A DNA stretch of 64,000 bases from Escherichia phage ph0011. The notes under the pieces are model-generated. The model worked only from the letters and a program-made list of their open reading frames with translations, made no database searches and was not told the DNA's origin. Positions 15,607 through 25,783 of the stretch are shown here, piece by piece. Numbering within the stretch: the stretch's first letter is position 1; each line of letters opens with the position of its first letter. Position numbers and translations under genes: made by a program. Location of the stretch: sequence record OP557969.1; one strand, written 5' to 3'.

Positions 15607-16232
15607 TGAAGCCACGTTGTATTGTTTTTGATTGTGACGAAGTTCTATTAGACCACATCGGTATGCTTTCAGAGTATGTTAAACAAACTTATAACATAAC
15701 CCCATCAACACCATATCCAACAGAATATGACCTATCAGATTGGTTGGGTGTTCCTCAAACTGAAGTTAAAAAAATTCTTGAACGTTTCAATCAACAATCG
15801 TATTTGTTTGGATTGTTAAAACCTGTTGAACCAAATACTGTTGATATTGTTCAAGAATTACGTGACCGTTTTTATAAAGAAAAGTTTGTGGTTCTGACAA
15901 AATGTGGTAAGAAAGGATATGGTGAAGTTTTGCGTAATGTGAATCTCATGCGAGAATTTGGTGAAAATTGTTTTGATGAGATCATCATCATTGAAATGGA
16001 TGAAACAAAGAAAAAGGCATTGGAGGATTTACAAGAGAAGTACGATGTGAAATTGATGATTGATGATTATATCAACAACATTGAAACTGCATTGGAGCTT
16101 GGTATTCCTTCAGTTATGATGGGATGCTCACATAATACTGCATACAGGAACAGTCGTGATTTTGAATATATCGAGAACTGGACCGAGCTTAGACTGAAAA
16201 TTTATTCAGTTCTGGGTAAATATTATAAATAA
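15588..16232 (+). CDS. HAD-superfamily hydrolase (possible 5'(3')-deoxyribonucleotidase)
   Basis: 214 aa; N-terminal VFDCDEVLLD fits HAD motif I (DxDx[TV]); occupies the slot where T4 has gene 62. Confidence 0.45.
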   Translation: MFGEHVMKPRCIVFDCDEVLLDHIGMLSEYVKQTYNITPSTPYPTEYDLSDWLGVPQTEVKKILERFNQQSYLFGLLKPVEPNTVDIVQELRDRFYKEKFVVLTKCGKKGYGEVLRNVNLMREFGENCFDEIIIIEMDETKKKALEDLQEKYDVKLMIDDYINNIETALELGIPSVMMGCSHNTAYRNSRDFEYIENWTELRLKIYSVLGKYYK

Positions 16233-16245
16233 TACTTTTTAAATT

Positions 16246-16272
16246 AAGGGGTTTGTTTCAAACCCCTTTTGT
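16246..16272 (+). terminator. rho-independent terminator
   Basis: AAGGGGTTTGTTTCAAACCCCTTTTG. Confidence 0.7.
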
Positions 16273-16331
16273 TGTATTTTAAAAGTAGTAAATAGTATTA
16301 TATGTGCTAGTTTTTGAGGATAATATAAAAT

Positions 16332-16898
16332 ATGGAAGATTTAGATTATACAGATAATGCTATTCAGCAGTTGTATGATAATAGTGGTATGTTAGATATA
16401 CTTCTTGCTGTTGAGAAATACTTCGATGATAATGATTTATACGCTTATAAAGGTATCATCGAGGGTGAATTAGTTGAGGGACCAATTGTAAGTAAATATT
16501 GGTGTACAGTTACATTTAAATATTATCGTGAAAACTTTCCCGATCCTACAGCGTTCTCAATATTGGAGAAACATGGCACTAAAGTATACGTCAAAGCGGA
16601 TTATGAAATAACACCAATTGAAGAACCAAATCGACAAGCAGATATGAAAAGTATTGCAACACAGACTGGTTCTGTGCGTATACCAAAAAATGAACGAATT
16701 CCGGTTCTATTGGTTAGAGTTCAAATACCACGAAATTTAATTAATCCAGAAAGTTTTGATGAATATAAACTTATGGCATCTGAATTTAATAGTAACCCAA
16801 TGAATTCTCCTGAAAATATTGAAGAACCCGTTACTGGGGATGATGTTGACTTAGATGTTGATGTAACTGACAATACACAAGAAGGTGGAATGCAATGA
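16332..16898 (+). CDS. hypothetical protein
   Basis: 188-aa ORF after terminator. Confidence 0.5.
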   Translation: MEDLDYTDNAIQQLYDNSGMLDILLAVEKYFDDNDLYAYKGIIEGELVEGPIVSKYWCTVTFKYYRENFPDPTAFSILEKHGTKVYVKADYEITPIEEPNRQADMKSIATQTGSVRIPKNERIPVLLVRVQIPRNLINPESFDEYKLMASEFNSNPMNSPENIEEPVTGDDVDLDVDVTDNTQEGGMQ

Positions 16899-17575
16899 AA
16901 ACTAAATTAAATGAGCAAGGATTACGTCCCCAGGTTCTTAAAGATTTGATTCATCCTATTATTAGTGTTGATGAATATACTCCTAAAATTGAAGATAGTA
17001 ATATTGTAATTATGTTTCAGGTTCTGAATAATTTCGATGCTGCATATGATTTATCTTCTTTCATCGAAAAATCACCGATTGATGCGATTGACACTGAGGC
17101 GGCAGAAACTCCTAATTTGGATGGTCGCTATCAAGTTTATGTGGAAATGGAACGAAATGCGGAGTTTCCTGAAAAACTTTTACGTTTAATTAAAACTATC
17201 GAAAATATTTGTCCTGATCCTGGTTGGAAAATCCAACTATATGGTGTCAATGATCCAATTGATGTTGATTTCGATGAAATACAACAAAGAATTGACTTGG
17301 GTATCCCAAGTTCAATTAGTGAGTTTCTTGACTATGCTGGTGTTTCGGTGATTAAAGAAGGTAATATGTTGACATTGAAAACTGCATATGGTAAATTGCA
17401 TTATAGTTCAGGGAGTGGTTTTGTTTCTGAATCATATGTTAAGAAACTATTAAAAAATGATACACAGTTGGATACATCACGTCTTAGTTCTATCTTGGGT
17501 GAAAGCTATACAGTACTACGCAGTGGTGATCAATACGTGATTGGAAGAAATGGGAAATATTTGGTGTTACGATGA
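16895..17575 (+). CDS. hypothetical protein
   Basis: 226-aa ORF, ATGA overlap with upstream gene. Confidence 0.5.
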   Translation: MKTKLNEQGLRPQVLKDLIHPIISVDEYTPKIEDSNIVIMFQVLNNFDAAYDLSSFIEKSPIDAIDTEAAETPNLDGRYQVYVEMERNAEFPEKLLRLIKTIENICPDPGWKIQLYGVNDPIDVDFDEIQQRIDLGIPSSISEFLDYAGVSVIKEGNMLTLKTAYGKLHYSSGSGFVSESYVKKLLKNDTQLDTSRLSSILGESYTVLRSGDQYVIGRNGKYLVLR

Positions 17576-18390
17576 GAATTTTAAATATGCTTAAATCTCT
17601 TCACGAAACGACGAAATTGGTTCAGGATGAAAAATATCGTCGAAGTATTACAAAAGATTTAGCATGTCGAATGTATATGCGTAGATTCGAAATTTCTCGA
17701 ATTGGTAAAAAATGGGATAATATAAATCGTGAAGACATTGACCCAGATGCTATTTTTAAAGCATACATGGCAAGAAAAGTTTTCATAAATGAAAAAACTT
17801 TTTATATAGATAGTGATAGAGTTCTAGAAGATAAATTCACTAAAGGTTTATGGAATATATGGTGTATTGAAATATTTGGAGAAGTTCTCCCTGAACCACC
17901 TGTTCCTAAAACGTATAAAGAATTAAAAAATATTTTTGATAATGAACACATACATTCAAACTTCTCATTATATGACACTGTATCAGAAGCTGTATTTTAT
18001 GGTGAGTTGCATGGTCATAACAAATATTTTGATAGTATGGTTAGTTTTGATTTGTTTTGCCACTTACCAGGTGTGTCTAGCTGGACCAGTGATCAACACC
18101 GAGCTAGTAAGGTTGATAAACGTAAATTCTCTGCTCAAAGATTTATGCAAGTTGCAATGAGTATGTATAAACTTGATTATCTTGGTTGTCCAGAACCATA
18201 TACTCATTTCTGGAAAGAAAAAGCACAAAAATGCTTAAACTACTGTATAGTTCGTTTGATGGACACATACATTCTTAAGTTTAGGAATGCAACAGTATAT
18301 GACATGCCAGAACCACCAGAGAATGAAAAGTATCCACCAGTCAAAACATTTGTATGGTACAGGGATAAAAGTAACAAAAGGATGCACTAA
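17572..18390 (+). CDS. hypothetical protein
   Basis: 272-aa ORF, ATGA overlap; followed by terminator. Confidence 0.5.
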   Translation: MRILNMLKSLHETTKLVQDEKYRRSITKDLACRMYMRRFEISRIGKKWDNINREDIDPDAIFKAYMARKVFINEKTFYIDSDRVLEDKFTKGLWNIWCIEIFGEVLPEPPVPKTYKELKNIFDNEHIHSNFSLYDTVSEAVFYGELHGHNKYFDSMVSFDLFCHLPGVSSWTSDQHRASKVDKRKFSAQRFMQVAMSMYKLDYLGCPEPYTHFWKEKAQKCLNYCIVRLMDTYILKFRNATVYDMPEPPENEKYPPVKTFVWYRDKSNKRMH

Positions 18391-18406
18391 TGTGTATCCT
18401 TTTTTC
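18379..18406 (+). terminator. rho-independent terminator
   Basis: GGATGCACTAATGTGTATCC + TTTTTT. Confidence 0.65.
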
Positions 18407-18486
18407 GTTTCATGTATTGACATATGGTGTACCAGTATGTATAATACCCACGTTATTTAAATTTTAATTGATTACGAGGTTTTATA

Positions 18487-19614
18487 ATGAAAGGTAAATA
18501 TTTTTTTGTTGAAAATGGGAAAGAAGTCGAAATTCAAGAATTCAACTATAATTATGTACTGAACTCTTTATTAAAACAATATGACCGTTCATCAAACAAA
18601 AAATACATTTACAATGTGATTGTACGCCGTACTTATGATTCGTTAGGTAATCCATCATTCGATGTAAAATCATTGTCATTGGATGAAATCTATTTTGATA
18701 ATAGACGCTTAAATGTATTTGATTTAATGAAAGATAAAATTCATTTTAGTAATGTTAGAATTGACCCTAACATGCCAGTACCACCATTGGAGCGTGAGTA
18801 TCGTGAATGGAAAGAAGGTCGTGCAAAACCGCGTCTGGATTTGGTAAAAACATCACCCGACGTTCCTGCACCTATTGTTCTTAAGAAAAAACCAATCAGC
18901 CCAGACGATACCCGAATTAAGGATATTGAATGTGTTGTTGAATTCCCAGATACTATTGAAAAGAACCCAGTCAAAGTGTTAGATTGGTTTATCAACTTAC
19001 CAGTTTGTGCACAAGAAATTGGAACTAAGATTCAACAAGTTTCAGAACGACAACTGGAACTCAGTTCTGCATTACAACAGCATAGTGATTATATCAGAAT
19101 GCTCATGGATAACTTAACAGTAGCTTTGGAAACCTTGTTCCCACTGAAACCGACATTCACCCAGAAATTATTTGGTAAAACTGATATCAAAGTACAACCG
19201 TCTGATTTACCAAAAGTGATGAAAAAACTCAATGAAGCTGTAAAGTATGATACCAACAAGTTTAGTGGTTTAAATTCTATGTTTTCTGAAATCAGAAAAG
19301 AAGTTAACGAAATCAAAAATGAACTTGAATATGGTAAGTTGGGCTGTGAATACGCACTATGCAGTGTGGATGATGCATTTGAATATGAATTAACATTAGA
19401 ACGTATTATGAAAATGAGCATTACCACGTCTATGACAGAAACAAGTATTATTGCTACAAACAAACAATATCAAGTTGATATGAATCGTATGATTGACATT
19501 CAAACTATCACTATTCCTTTGATTATCAATCGTTTACAGTCACAGGTAGGTAAGGCAGTAGATACAAGTACTGTTGAGATTATTCGCAACCTTGCATATG
19601 GTAACAAAGAATAA
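18487..19614 (+). CDS. hypothetical protein
   Basis: 375-aa ORF. Confidence 0.5.
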   Translation: MKGKYFFVENGKEVEIQEFNYNYVLNSLLKQYDRSSNKKYIYNVIVRRTYDSLGNPSFDVKSLSLDEIYFDNRRLNVFDLMKDKIHFSNVRIDPNMPVPPLEREYREWKEGRAKPRLDLVKTSPDVPAPIVLKKKPISPDDTRIKDIECVVEFPDTIEKNPVKVLDWFINLPVCAQEIGTKIQQVSERQLELSSALQQHSDYIRMLMDNLTVALETLFPLKPTFTQKLFGKTDIKVQPSDLPKVMKKLNEAVKYDTNKFSGLNSMFSEIRKEVNEIKNELEYGKLGCEYALCSVDDAFEYELTLERIMKMSITTSMTETSIIATNKQYQVDMNRMIDIQTITIPLIINRLQSQVGKAVDTSTVEIIRNLAYGNKE

Positions 19615-19623
19615 AAAAAACAC

Positions 19624-19651
19624 TTGACTTGGATATGTGCTGAACGTATAA
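19624..19651 (+). promoter_or_regulatory. sigma-70-like promoter (TTGACT-16-TATAAT)
   Basis: CACTTGACTTGG...CGTATAATG upstream of CDS 19701; flanked by inverted repeat TGTGCTGA/TCAGCACA. Confidence 0.5.
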
Positions 19652-19700
19652 TGTTTATCACTGAGCAGCACATCATATTAACTTAAACGAGGAACTCTCA

Positions 19701-20837
19701 ATGGCAGAGAAAGAAATCAATCCAAAAAAATCGTCAACAGTCACTAAAAACACCAAACGTTCTTCCAAAACTGCGACGAAGGGTCACACAATTGATGCAA
19801 GTGATATTTTCAACCAAACAACAAAGTCACTCCCAGTTCTAAAAGATGTAAAGGGTAATACCATGTCACTAACAGTTCAAAACATCAACACTGTTGGTAC
19901 AACTGCTGGTGCGGCGGTTGGTCGTTTGGCTGATGAAATTATGTCTAAGGTTAACGTAACCGATGACAATACCGAGTTTGGTAAATCAATCACTACAATT
20001 CTCACATTGACCCGTGCGGTTGATATTGATAGTCTTCAGGAAGATAAATCAATTGTTGGTCGCATTAAGAAATTCTTTGTTAATGCCCAACAGAAAGTTG
20101 GCGATCAATACAAAAATAGTAAAGAACAAATTGATGAAATTATGAAAACTCTACAAACTGGCATCAATCGCCAACATGGAGAGTGTGAGTGGCTTGATAA
20201 AGCATATAATGAAAACAAAGAATATTTGTTCGAATTACGTGATACATTAGTTGGTTTAGAAGAAGTAACTAAAGCACAAGATGCAGTACTGGCAGAAATG
20301 CAAGCAAACAAAGATGTGGACTCTTTTGCTATTCAAGAACAAAAGATGATTTGTGAAGCACTTTCTAAGCAAGAAGACAAGATTCGCCGACTTATCATGA
20401 TGTGTGAACTGAGTGGTCCACGATTGATGAGTATGAAAAAAGTAAACTTAAACACTGTTTCTAAGTTTGAAGATTTGAAATCAGTAGTAATTCCCGCATG
20501 GAAATCGCAATTGGCTGAACAGCTAATCTCTGAGCGTCAACGTAAGGATAATGAATTGGGAAATCTAATTGACAATGAAACAAATCGTTTATTAGAGACT
20601 AACTCTAAGATGGTTGCAGCTAATATGCTGGATGCTGCAAAGGCAAACAATCGTGGTATTGTGGATATTAAAACCTTGCGTAATGTACATAAAACAATGA
20701 TTGACAGCATTGAAGCTGTTATTGAAGAAGAGAAAAAAGGTAAAATGGAACGTGAACGTGCGAAACAAGAAATCGCACAACTTTCACACGAACTCGAAGA
20801 CACACTTCGTGAAATTGCAGAAAAAGCTAACAAGTAA
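19701..20837 (+). CDS. hypothetical protein (predicted coiled-coil C-terminus)
   Basis: 378-aa ORF downstream of TTGACT/TATAAT promoter; heptad-like K/E-rich C-terminal half. Confidence 0.5.
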   Translation: MAEKEINPKKSSTVTKNTKRSSKTATKGHTIDASDIFNQTTKSLPVLKDVKGNTMSLTVQNINTVGTTAGAAVGRLADEIMSKVNVTDDNTEFGKSITTILTLTRAVDIDSLQEDKSIVGRIKKFFVNAQQKVGDQYKNSKEQIDEIMKTLQTGINRQHGECEWLDKAYNENKEYLFELRDTLVGLEEVTKAQDAVLAEMQANKDVDSFAIQEQKMICEALSKQEDKIRRLIMMCELSGPRLMSMKKVNLNTVSKFEDLKSVVIPAWKSQLAEQLISERQRKDNELGNLIDNETNRLLETNSKMVAANMLDAAKANNRGIVDIKTLRNVHKTMIDSIEAVIEEEKKGKMERERAKQEIAQLSHELEDTLREIAEKANK

Positions 20838-20851
20838 TAGTTGACACATGG

Positions 20852-20896
20852 GTGCGTTTTTCAATATAATATTATTATTGAAAACGCACTCTTTTT
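20852..20896 (+). terminator. terminator-like long hairpin overlapping a TATAAT
   Basis: GTGCGTTTTTCAA-TATAATATTATTA-TTGAAAACGCAC + TCTTTTT. Confidence 0.5.
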
Positions 20897-20922
20897 AATA
20901 TACAGATAAGGAACAAATATAT

Positions 20923-21612
20923 ATGAAGCGTAGGCATATTAGTGTTGATATTGAGTCTCTTGGTACTCCTGAAAATTCAGGATATGATATTATTATTCCA
21001 AATTACGCAGCAGTTGTTGTTCCAAATAAACCTGAAAATGATATCAGGAATTTTATATATGTTAAGTTGCCATACCAAGCACAAGTTAACGCTGGACTGA
21101 AATCAGATTCAGGTGCAATGGATTTCTGGATGAATACGTGTCAGAAAGAATATCCTAATGCATATGCAGAAGTTGCCAGTACTATGACTCTTCGTGCACC
21201 AGAATTGTACGGACCTAATGGTAAATCCAAACAAATCTTTACATCTAATAGTATTGTCGATTTCTGGAAAGATATCCGTTATGATATCTATGGTAAAGAG
21301 GTTGAACATTCAATTTGGGGAAATGGTTGTAACTTCGACTGTAGTATTTTACAAGCTAATCACTTAAAACTATTGAATGTTGGTGATTTATGGAAATATG
21401 ATGCACCAGAAAATGCACGAACATTAAAACGTTTATTGAATGAAGATGCTCGTACCGAAATGGATGAGATTGTGTCAGTGCAGTTAGCTAAATTCGTGAA
21501 GTATGCAGAACAATGTGGTATTAATGGTTTGGAATTACATCACCCTCTGTATGATGCAGCACGTGAAGCTATCCAAATCTCCTACTGTCTCAATAAACTT
21601 AAACTGGACTAA
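20923..21612 (+). CDS. dexA: DexA-like DEDD 3'-5' exonuclease
   Basis: 229 aa; ISVDIESLGT (Exo I D-x-E) and HHPLYDAA (Exo III H..D) motifs. Confidence 0.6.
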   Translation: MKRRHISVDIESLGTPENSGYDIIIPNYAAVVVPNKPENDIRNFIYVKLPYQAQVNAGLKSDSGAMDFWMNTCQKEYPNAYAEVASTMTLRAPELYGPNGKSKQIFTSNSIVDFWKDIRYDIYGKEVEHSIWGNGCNFDCSILQANHLKLLNVGDLWKYDAPENARTLKRLLNEDARTEMDEIVSVQLAKFVKYAEQCGINGLELHHPLYDAAREAIQISYCLNKLKLD

Positions 21613-21615
21613 TAC

Positions 21616-22710
21616 ATGAATTTTATTATTCTGTTGATTCCTTCACTTATCGTTGTATTTGTTATGAAATACATGTATGATAAGCATATCAGTACTAAAG
21701 AACTGTTGATTCATATTGGTTGTTGTATAGTTGGGGCTGCTCTTGTGCTTGGTATCTCATATGCAATCAACTACAGCCAATTGTACGATGTAGAGATTCT
21801 AAATGGGCAGGTAACATCCAAATATAATCACAAGGAGTTTTGTACACAATCAAGCTCATGTAAGCATTACACGTGGCACGAGAAATGCAGAACTCGTTAT
21901 GATAGTAAGGGGAAATCCCATCGTGAATGTGAGTCCTATAAGGTATTTGATTATTCATACGAAGTTGACTGGTATGTAAAAAGTACTGTAGGGAAGTTTG
22001 AGATTGAGCGAGTAAACCGTCAGGGTACAATGACCCCTCCACGCTGGCAACAGGTTAACATTGGGGATTATGCTGCCGCAGAAAGTTCTTATATTAACTA
22101 TCTGTTCGCTGATAAAAACTCATTGTTTAGTCCTGATGAATTACATGAAATGTATGATGAGAAATATCTTAGTTCTTTACCAGAATATCCAAGTATTAAT
22201 GATTATTACATAACACATCATGTTATTAACAAAACAAATTATAATGTATATGGATATGAAGAATATTTACGTAACGTTTTGAAAACTATGGGTTCACGTA
22301 AAGAAGTCAATATCTTAGTTATTGTATACAATTATAAAGACAGTGATTTTGTTGATGCTACCTTAGCAAAGTGGCGTGGTGGTAAGAAGAATGATGTTAT
22401 TATGTTCTTTGGTATTGATGGTGATGGTAATATTATTAAATTTAACAGCACATCATTTGCCCAGGGAATGAAAAATGAAGGATTACATGCAAAGATGCGT
22501 ATGGACGCATTAAATGAAAAATTAACGATTGACTTATTAGCAATAGAAGTGCATAATATTGATACACAGTTCGTGAGACTCTCTAATAAAGAGTTTGAGT
22601 ACTTGTCTATTAAAATGGAACCACGCAAAGATGTTCTCATCGGTGCTTCTATTTTATTACTAATTATTTCTATTTTTATTGGCCTTTATATGAGGGATAA
22701 CGAATTATGA
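21616..22710 (+). CDS. membrane protein (N- and C-terminal TM segments)
   Basis: 364 aa; hydrophobic N-terminus and C-terminus (LIGASILLLIISIFIGLY). Confidence 0.5.
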   Translation: MNFIILLIPSLIVVFVMKYMYDKHISTKELLIHIGCCIVGAALVLGISYAINYSQLYDVEILNGQVTSKYNHKEFCTQSSSCKHYTWHEKCRTRYDSKGKSHRECESYKVFDYSYEVDWYVKSTVGKFEIERVNRQGTMTPPRWQQVNIGDYAAAESSYINYLFADKNSLFSPDELHEMYDEKYLSSLPEYPSINDYYITHHVINKTNYNVYGYEEYLRNVLKTMGSRKEVNILVIVYNYKDSDFVDATLAKWRGGKKNDVIMFFGIDGDGNIIKFNSTSFAQGMKNEGLHAKMRMDALNEKLTIDLLAIEVHNIDTQFVRLSNKEFEYLSIKMEPRKDVLIGASILLLIISIFIGLYMRDNEL

Positions 22711-23261
22711 ATGGTAAAGTTTTTGCATTAATTGGTATTATTGTTGTATTTGGTCTTATGGTAATTGGGTCTATTAGCATGTATGTAGGAACATATGATC
22801 GTGCGGTGGAATTTGAAGGTAATATTCAAAAGTATTACGATGCTTCAGAAAGTCAATTAAGTACTTATACCCTTACAATCCAAGAAAAGGTTCAAGTATC
22901 AGATAAGTATAAAGATGCATTGAAAGAAACAATTGAATCGTATTTCAAAGGACGTGAAGGTGTTGACCAGAAATTTGTAATGTCACAGATTCAACAGCAG
23001 GTTCCAAATCTTGATCCTAAAATTTACCAGGAGCTTATGGTAACAATTGAATCAGGACGTACAAAGTTCAACAATCTTCAAAAAATGAAAATCGACCAAT
23101 GTACAGAATATTCCAAATTCCGCAAAGGATTCTGGAATTCCAAAATTCTTGATGTTAACACGTTTCCAAGTGAAAATATTGCACATCTTTGCACGGTAGT
23201 ATCAGATACCCGCACAAAGAAAGCAATGGATACTGGTATTCAAGAAGTAATTAAACTATAA
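22707..23261 (+). CDS. LemA-like membrane-anchored protein (tentative)
   Basis: 184 aa; N-terminal TM helix then soluble domain, size and topology like LemA family. Confidence 0.35.
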   Translation: MNGKVFALIGIIVVFGLMVIGSISMYVGTYDRAVEFEGNIQKYYDASESQLSTYTLTIQEKVQVSDKYKDALKETIESYFKGREGVDQKFVMSQIQQQVPNLDPKIYQELMVTIESGRTKFNNLQKMKIDQCTEYSKFRKGFWNSKILDVNTFPSENIAHLCTVVSDTRTKKAMDTGIQEVIKL

Positions 23262-23270
23262 TCTAAATCT

Positions 23271-23298
23271 GGGAGTACAAAACGTACTCCCATTTTCT
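23271..23298 (+). terminator. rho-independent terminator
   Basis: GGGAGTACAAAACGTACTCCC + ATTTTCT. Confidence 0.7.
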
Positions 23299-23310
23299 AT
23301 AGGGTTTATT

Positions 23311-23883
23311 ATGTTTTTAAAAAATACTTATGAATTAATTAAAATGCTTCAAAATATGAATTCTGGTGGTCTATTTCCGTATCATTCAGAGGATAAAACA
23401 CATCGTTTAGTTTTGAAATTGGATGAAACTGGACGTATTGCATCACTAAGAACGGTTATTCCCAATATGGAGCAAGTAATCACACAAACAACTCCGAAGT
23501 CAGGCACTGCTGTTAATACACCACAAACATATAATCCACAGATATATACTATTAGTTCTCCACCTATTACACGAGTTGCCTGTATTGTGAATATAAAAGT
23601 ATCTAAGGACTATCGTGACTTAATATCAGTTGAATGGTCAGAAATAACATCATCATTGGTAGCAAATGGGTTTGTAGTAACAAATACAGGTCTAGCACAA
23701 AATGTGAAAGAAGGACAGCAGATCATGAGTGCATTGTATATTAGTAATGGTTGTGTTATCATCAATGGCAAGTTGTATAGAGATACTGAACCTGATGCAT
23801 TCACTGAAGATTTGGTTGGTGAAAAAGAATACAGCATTCTGGAAATTATGAATTTGAAAAAGGTATATGAAAACGGTGTTTAG
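23311..23883 (+). CDS. hypothetical protein
   Basis: 190-aa ORF after terminator. Confidence 0.5.
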   Translation: MFLKNTYELIKMLQNMNSGGLFPYHSEDKTHRLVLKLDETGRIASLRTVIPNMEQVITQTTPKSGTAVNTPQTYNPQIYTISSPPITRVACIVNIKVSKDYRDLISVEWSEITSSLVANGFVVTNTGLAQNVKEGQQIMSALYISNGCVIINGKLYRDTEPDAFTEDLVGEKEYSILEIMNLKKVYENGV

Positions 23884-24448
23884 ATTTCATCAAGATGATT
23901 TACCATTTATCCAAGAACTTGAGGAACTGGTAATAAGTACTATGGATGAAATTAGTACTTGGGATATAACCGTTTTTCGAAATGTATATGATAAAGTGGT
24001 GAATTTTAAAAATGTTAATATTGAAGTAAAGCATAATAATTTTTACTTAACGAAGCAATTCATTCTAACTCGTCCAGGACACAAACCTGTTAAGCGTAAT
24101 TTGTCATTCGGACACATCATTGGTACTGAAAAGGTATATGATGAATGGGTTGATTCAATCTATTCGTATACAAAAGAACTTATTCCAGATATTGAGAAAA
24201 GATATTATCTAAGTATCACATTAGATGAAAACGGAAATCTTAATGCGTATTCAATAAATTCTTCATCAAATGTTCCATTACATTCGGTGACGATTGGTGA
24301 TAAAAAATTACTAATAAATTCTGAAACATGGTATAATAGAGAAAATTTCGCAGCAGAAACATTTCAGTACTCTGTATCAGAACCAAAGTCACCTTTTGAC
24401 TTAGTTTTTGTTAATAATATTATTATACGTTATGGCGTAGGAGTGTAA
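23867..24448 (+). CDS. hypothetical protein
   Basis: 193-aa ORF. Confidence 0.5.
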   Translation: MKTVFRFHQDDLPFIQELEELVISTMDEISTWDITVFRNVYDKVVNFKNVNIEVKHNNFYLTKQFILTRPGHKPVKRNLSFGHIIGTEKVYDEWVDSIYSYTKELIPDIEKRYYLSITLDENGNLNAYSINSSSNVPLHSVTIGDKKLLINSETWYNRENFAAETFQYSVSEPKSPFDLVFVNNIIIRYGVGV

Positions 24449-24450
24449 TT

Positions 24451-24801
24451 ATGCTAATATATTTAAGTGTGCTTGTTTTTTCGTTACTGTTGTCACTGAT
24501 TATTTTAAAAATTATTGCTATTGTTCGAAGTAAGATTGATTGTTCTGAAACTGGTTCAGTTATTGACTTGGTTCTTGATTATCCAAAGCGATGTGGTGTT
24601 ATTGTGTTAATTGTTCTCCTTATGAATACATACATCGTCAGAGAACATTTATATAATATGTATGATTGTAGTGTTCGTTCATTTTCACAAGGTGTGGACA
24701 CGGACTATAGTTGGTACTATAAGAAATGTCGATTTAAAAACCAACACGGTATTTGGGTTGATTTTGATAAATTACGTGGAACCCCTACTGGAGAAGAATA
24801 A
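24451..24801 (+). CDS. hypothetical membrane protein
   Basis: 116 aa; two hydrophobic segments at N-terminus. Confidence 0.45.
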   Translation: MLIYLSVLVFSLLLSLIILKIIAIVRSKIDCSETGSVIDLVLDYPKRCGVIVLIVLLMNTYIVREHLYNMYDCSVRSFSQGVDTDYSWYYKKCRFKNQHGIWVDFDKLRGTPTGEE

Positions 24802-24803
24802 TT

Positions 24804-25295
24804 ATGTTTGTCTTCCCTGAAGAGTCATTTAATTTCATTGATCCTACAGATGATGGGTATAGACATATTAACATTTATAGTAAAGCCAGAACTAAGCTAG
24901 GTAGAGATCTATCTAATTTTTCTTCGTATAGCTTCACACTGGAACCATATGGGTGGTTCCCATCAGTTGAAACGTTTTACTTTTGGTTTTTAACTGGTCA
25001 AAAACATGATGATCTTAGAAAAGTATCTGGTGCAGCAGCAAAGGCTGCTGCTAACAAATATATGCATGATAGAATTATAATGACTGATGATTGTATCTCT
25101 ATTATTCAAGATGCAATTTGTGCTAAGATAATTCAAAACCCAGAGTTATCTGAAAGATTAAGAAAAAGCAAATTACCATTTTACCATTACTATGTTTATG
25201 GTGGGAAGGTTGTTGATGTATCTGATGAGCATGACTGGTTTGTTAAAACATTCGAAGATATAAGAATTGTTTTAAAGGAGAATCACAATGACTAA
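24804..25295 (+). CDS. hypothetical protein
   Basis: 163-aa ORF. Confidence 0.5.
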   Translation: MFVFPEESFNFIDPTDDGYRHINIYSKARTKLGRDLSNFSSYSFTLEPYGWFPSVETFYFWFLTGQKHDDLRKVSGAAAKAAANKYMHDRIIMTDDCISIIQDAICAKIIQNPELSERLRKSKLPFYHYYVYGGKVVDVSDEHDWFVKTFEDIRIVLKENHND

Positions 25296-25566
25296 ATGTT
25301 GGGTATGTTGTAAGCATTTCGATGAAGAATATGATATTTCTTTGGATGTATACCATCAGCAATACATGATATCATCGGGAAAATATAAACTAGATACCTT
25401 CCCAACTCCTAAGTATATGGGGATTTGTCCATTGTGTAATGGGAATGGTGTATTAGACATTGTTATTGAATTCACAAATACACAAACTACTGATTGTGTT
25501 GCCGCATATATAAGAGATAATCTTGATTTTTTCACTAGGAGATTATATGAACGAGAAAATATTTAA
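25288..25566 (+). CDS. hypothetical Cys-rich protein (possible zinc-binding)
   Basis: 92 aa; CWVCC...CPLCNG cysteine pairs. Confidence 0.45.
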   Translation: MTKCWVCCKHFDEEYDISLDVYHQQYMISSGKYKLDTFPTPKYMGICPLCNGNGVLDIVIEFTNTQTTDCVAAYIRDNLDFFTRRLYERENI

Positions 25567-25783
25567 TTCATATAATATGGAAGATTTACTAATACCATCC
25601 GAGAACAGTACTGTTAAGATGCAAATGTATTGGTTAGTAAAAGATGGTAAAGTATTTCAACACAAAGTTACAAAAGTATGGCAATGTAACAAAAACAAGT
25701 CAATAGTTGATACACTAGCAACTGCATTTCCAGGGGTGGAGGTTGTATTTTTACCAGTTGCTTATATTAAGGAAATAAAATGA
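25523..25783 (+). CDS. hypothetical protein
   Basis: 86-aa ORF; start probably ~25549 (MNEKIF). Confidence 0.4.
   Translation: MIFSLGDYMNEKIFNSYNMEDLLIPSENSTVKMQMYWLVKDGKVFQHKVTKVWQCNKNKSIVDTLATAFPGVEVVFLPVAYIKEIK

Noticed and set aside
20841-20880. TTGACA at 20841 paired with TATAAT at 20875 as a sigma-70 promoter
   Set aside because: Spacer would be about 28 bp, far outside the 15-19 bp range; the TATAAT lies in the loop of a long terminator-like hairpin. Not called as a canonical promoter.
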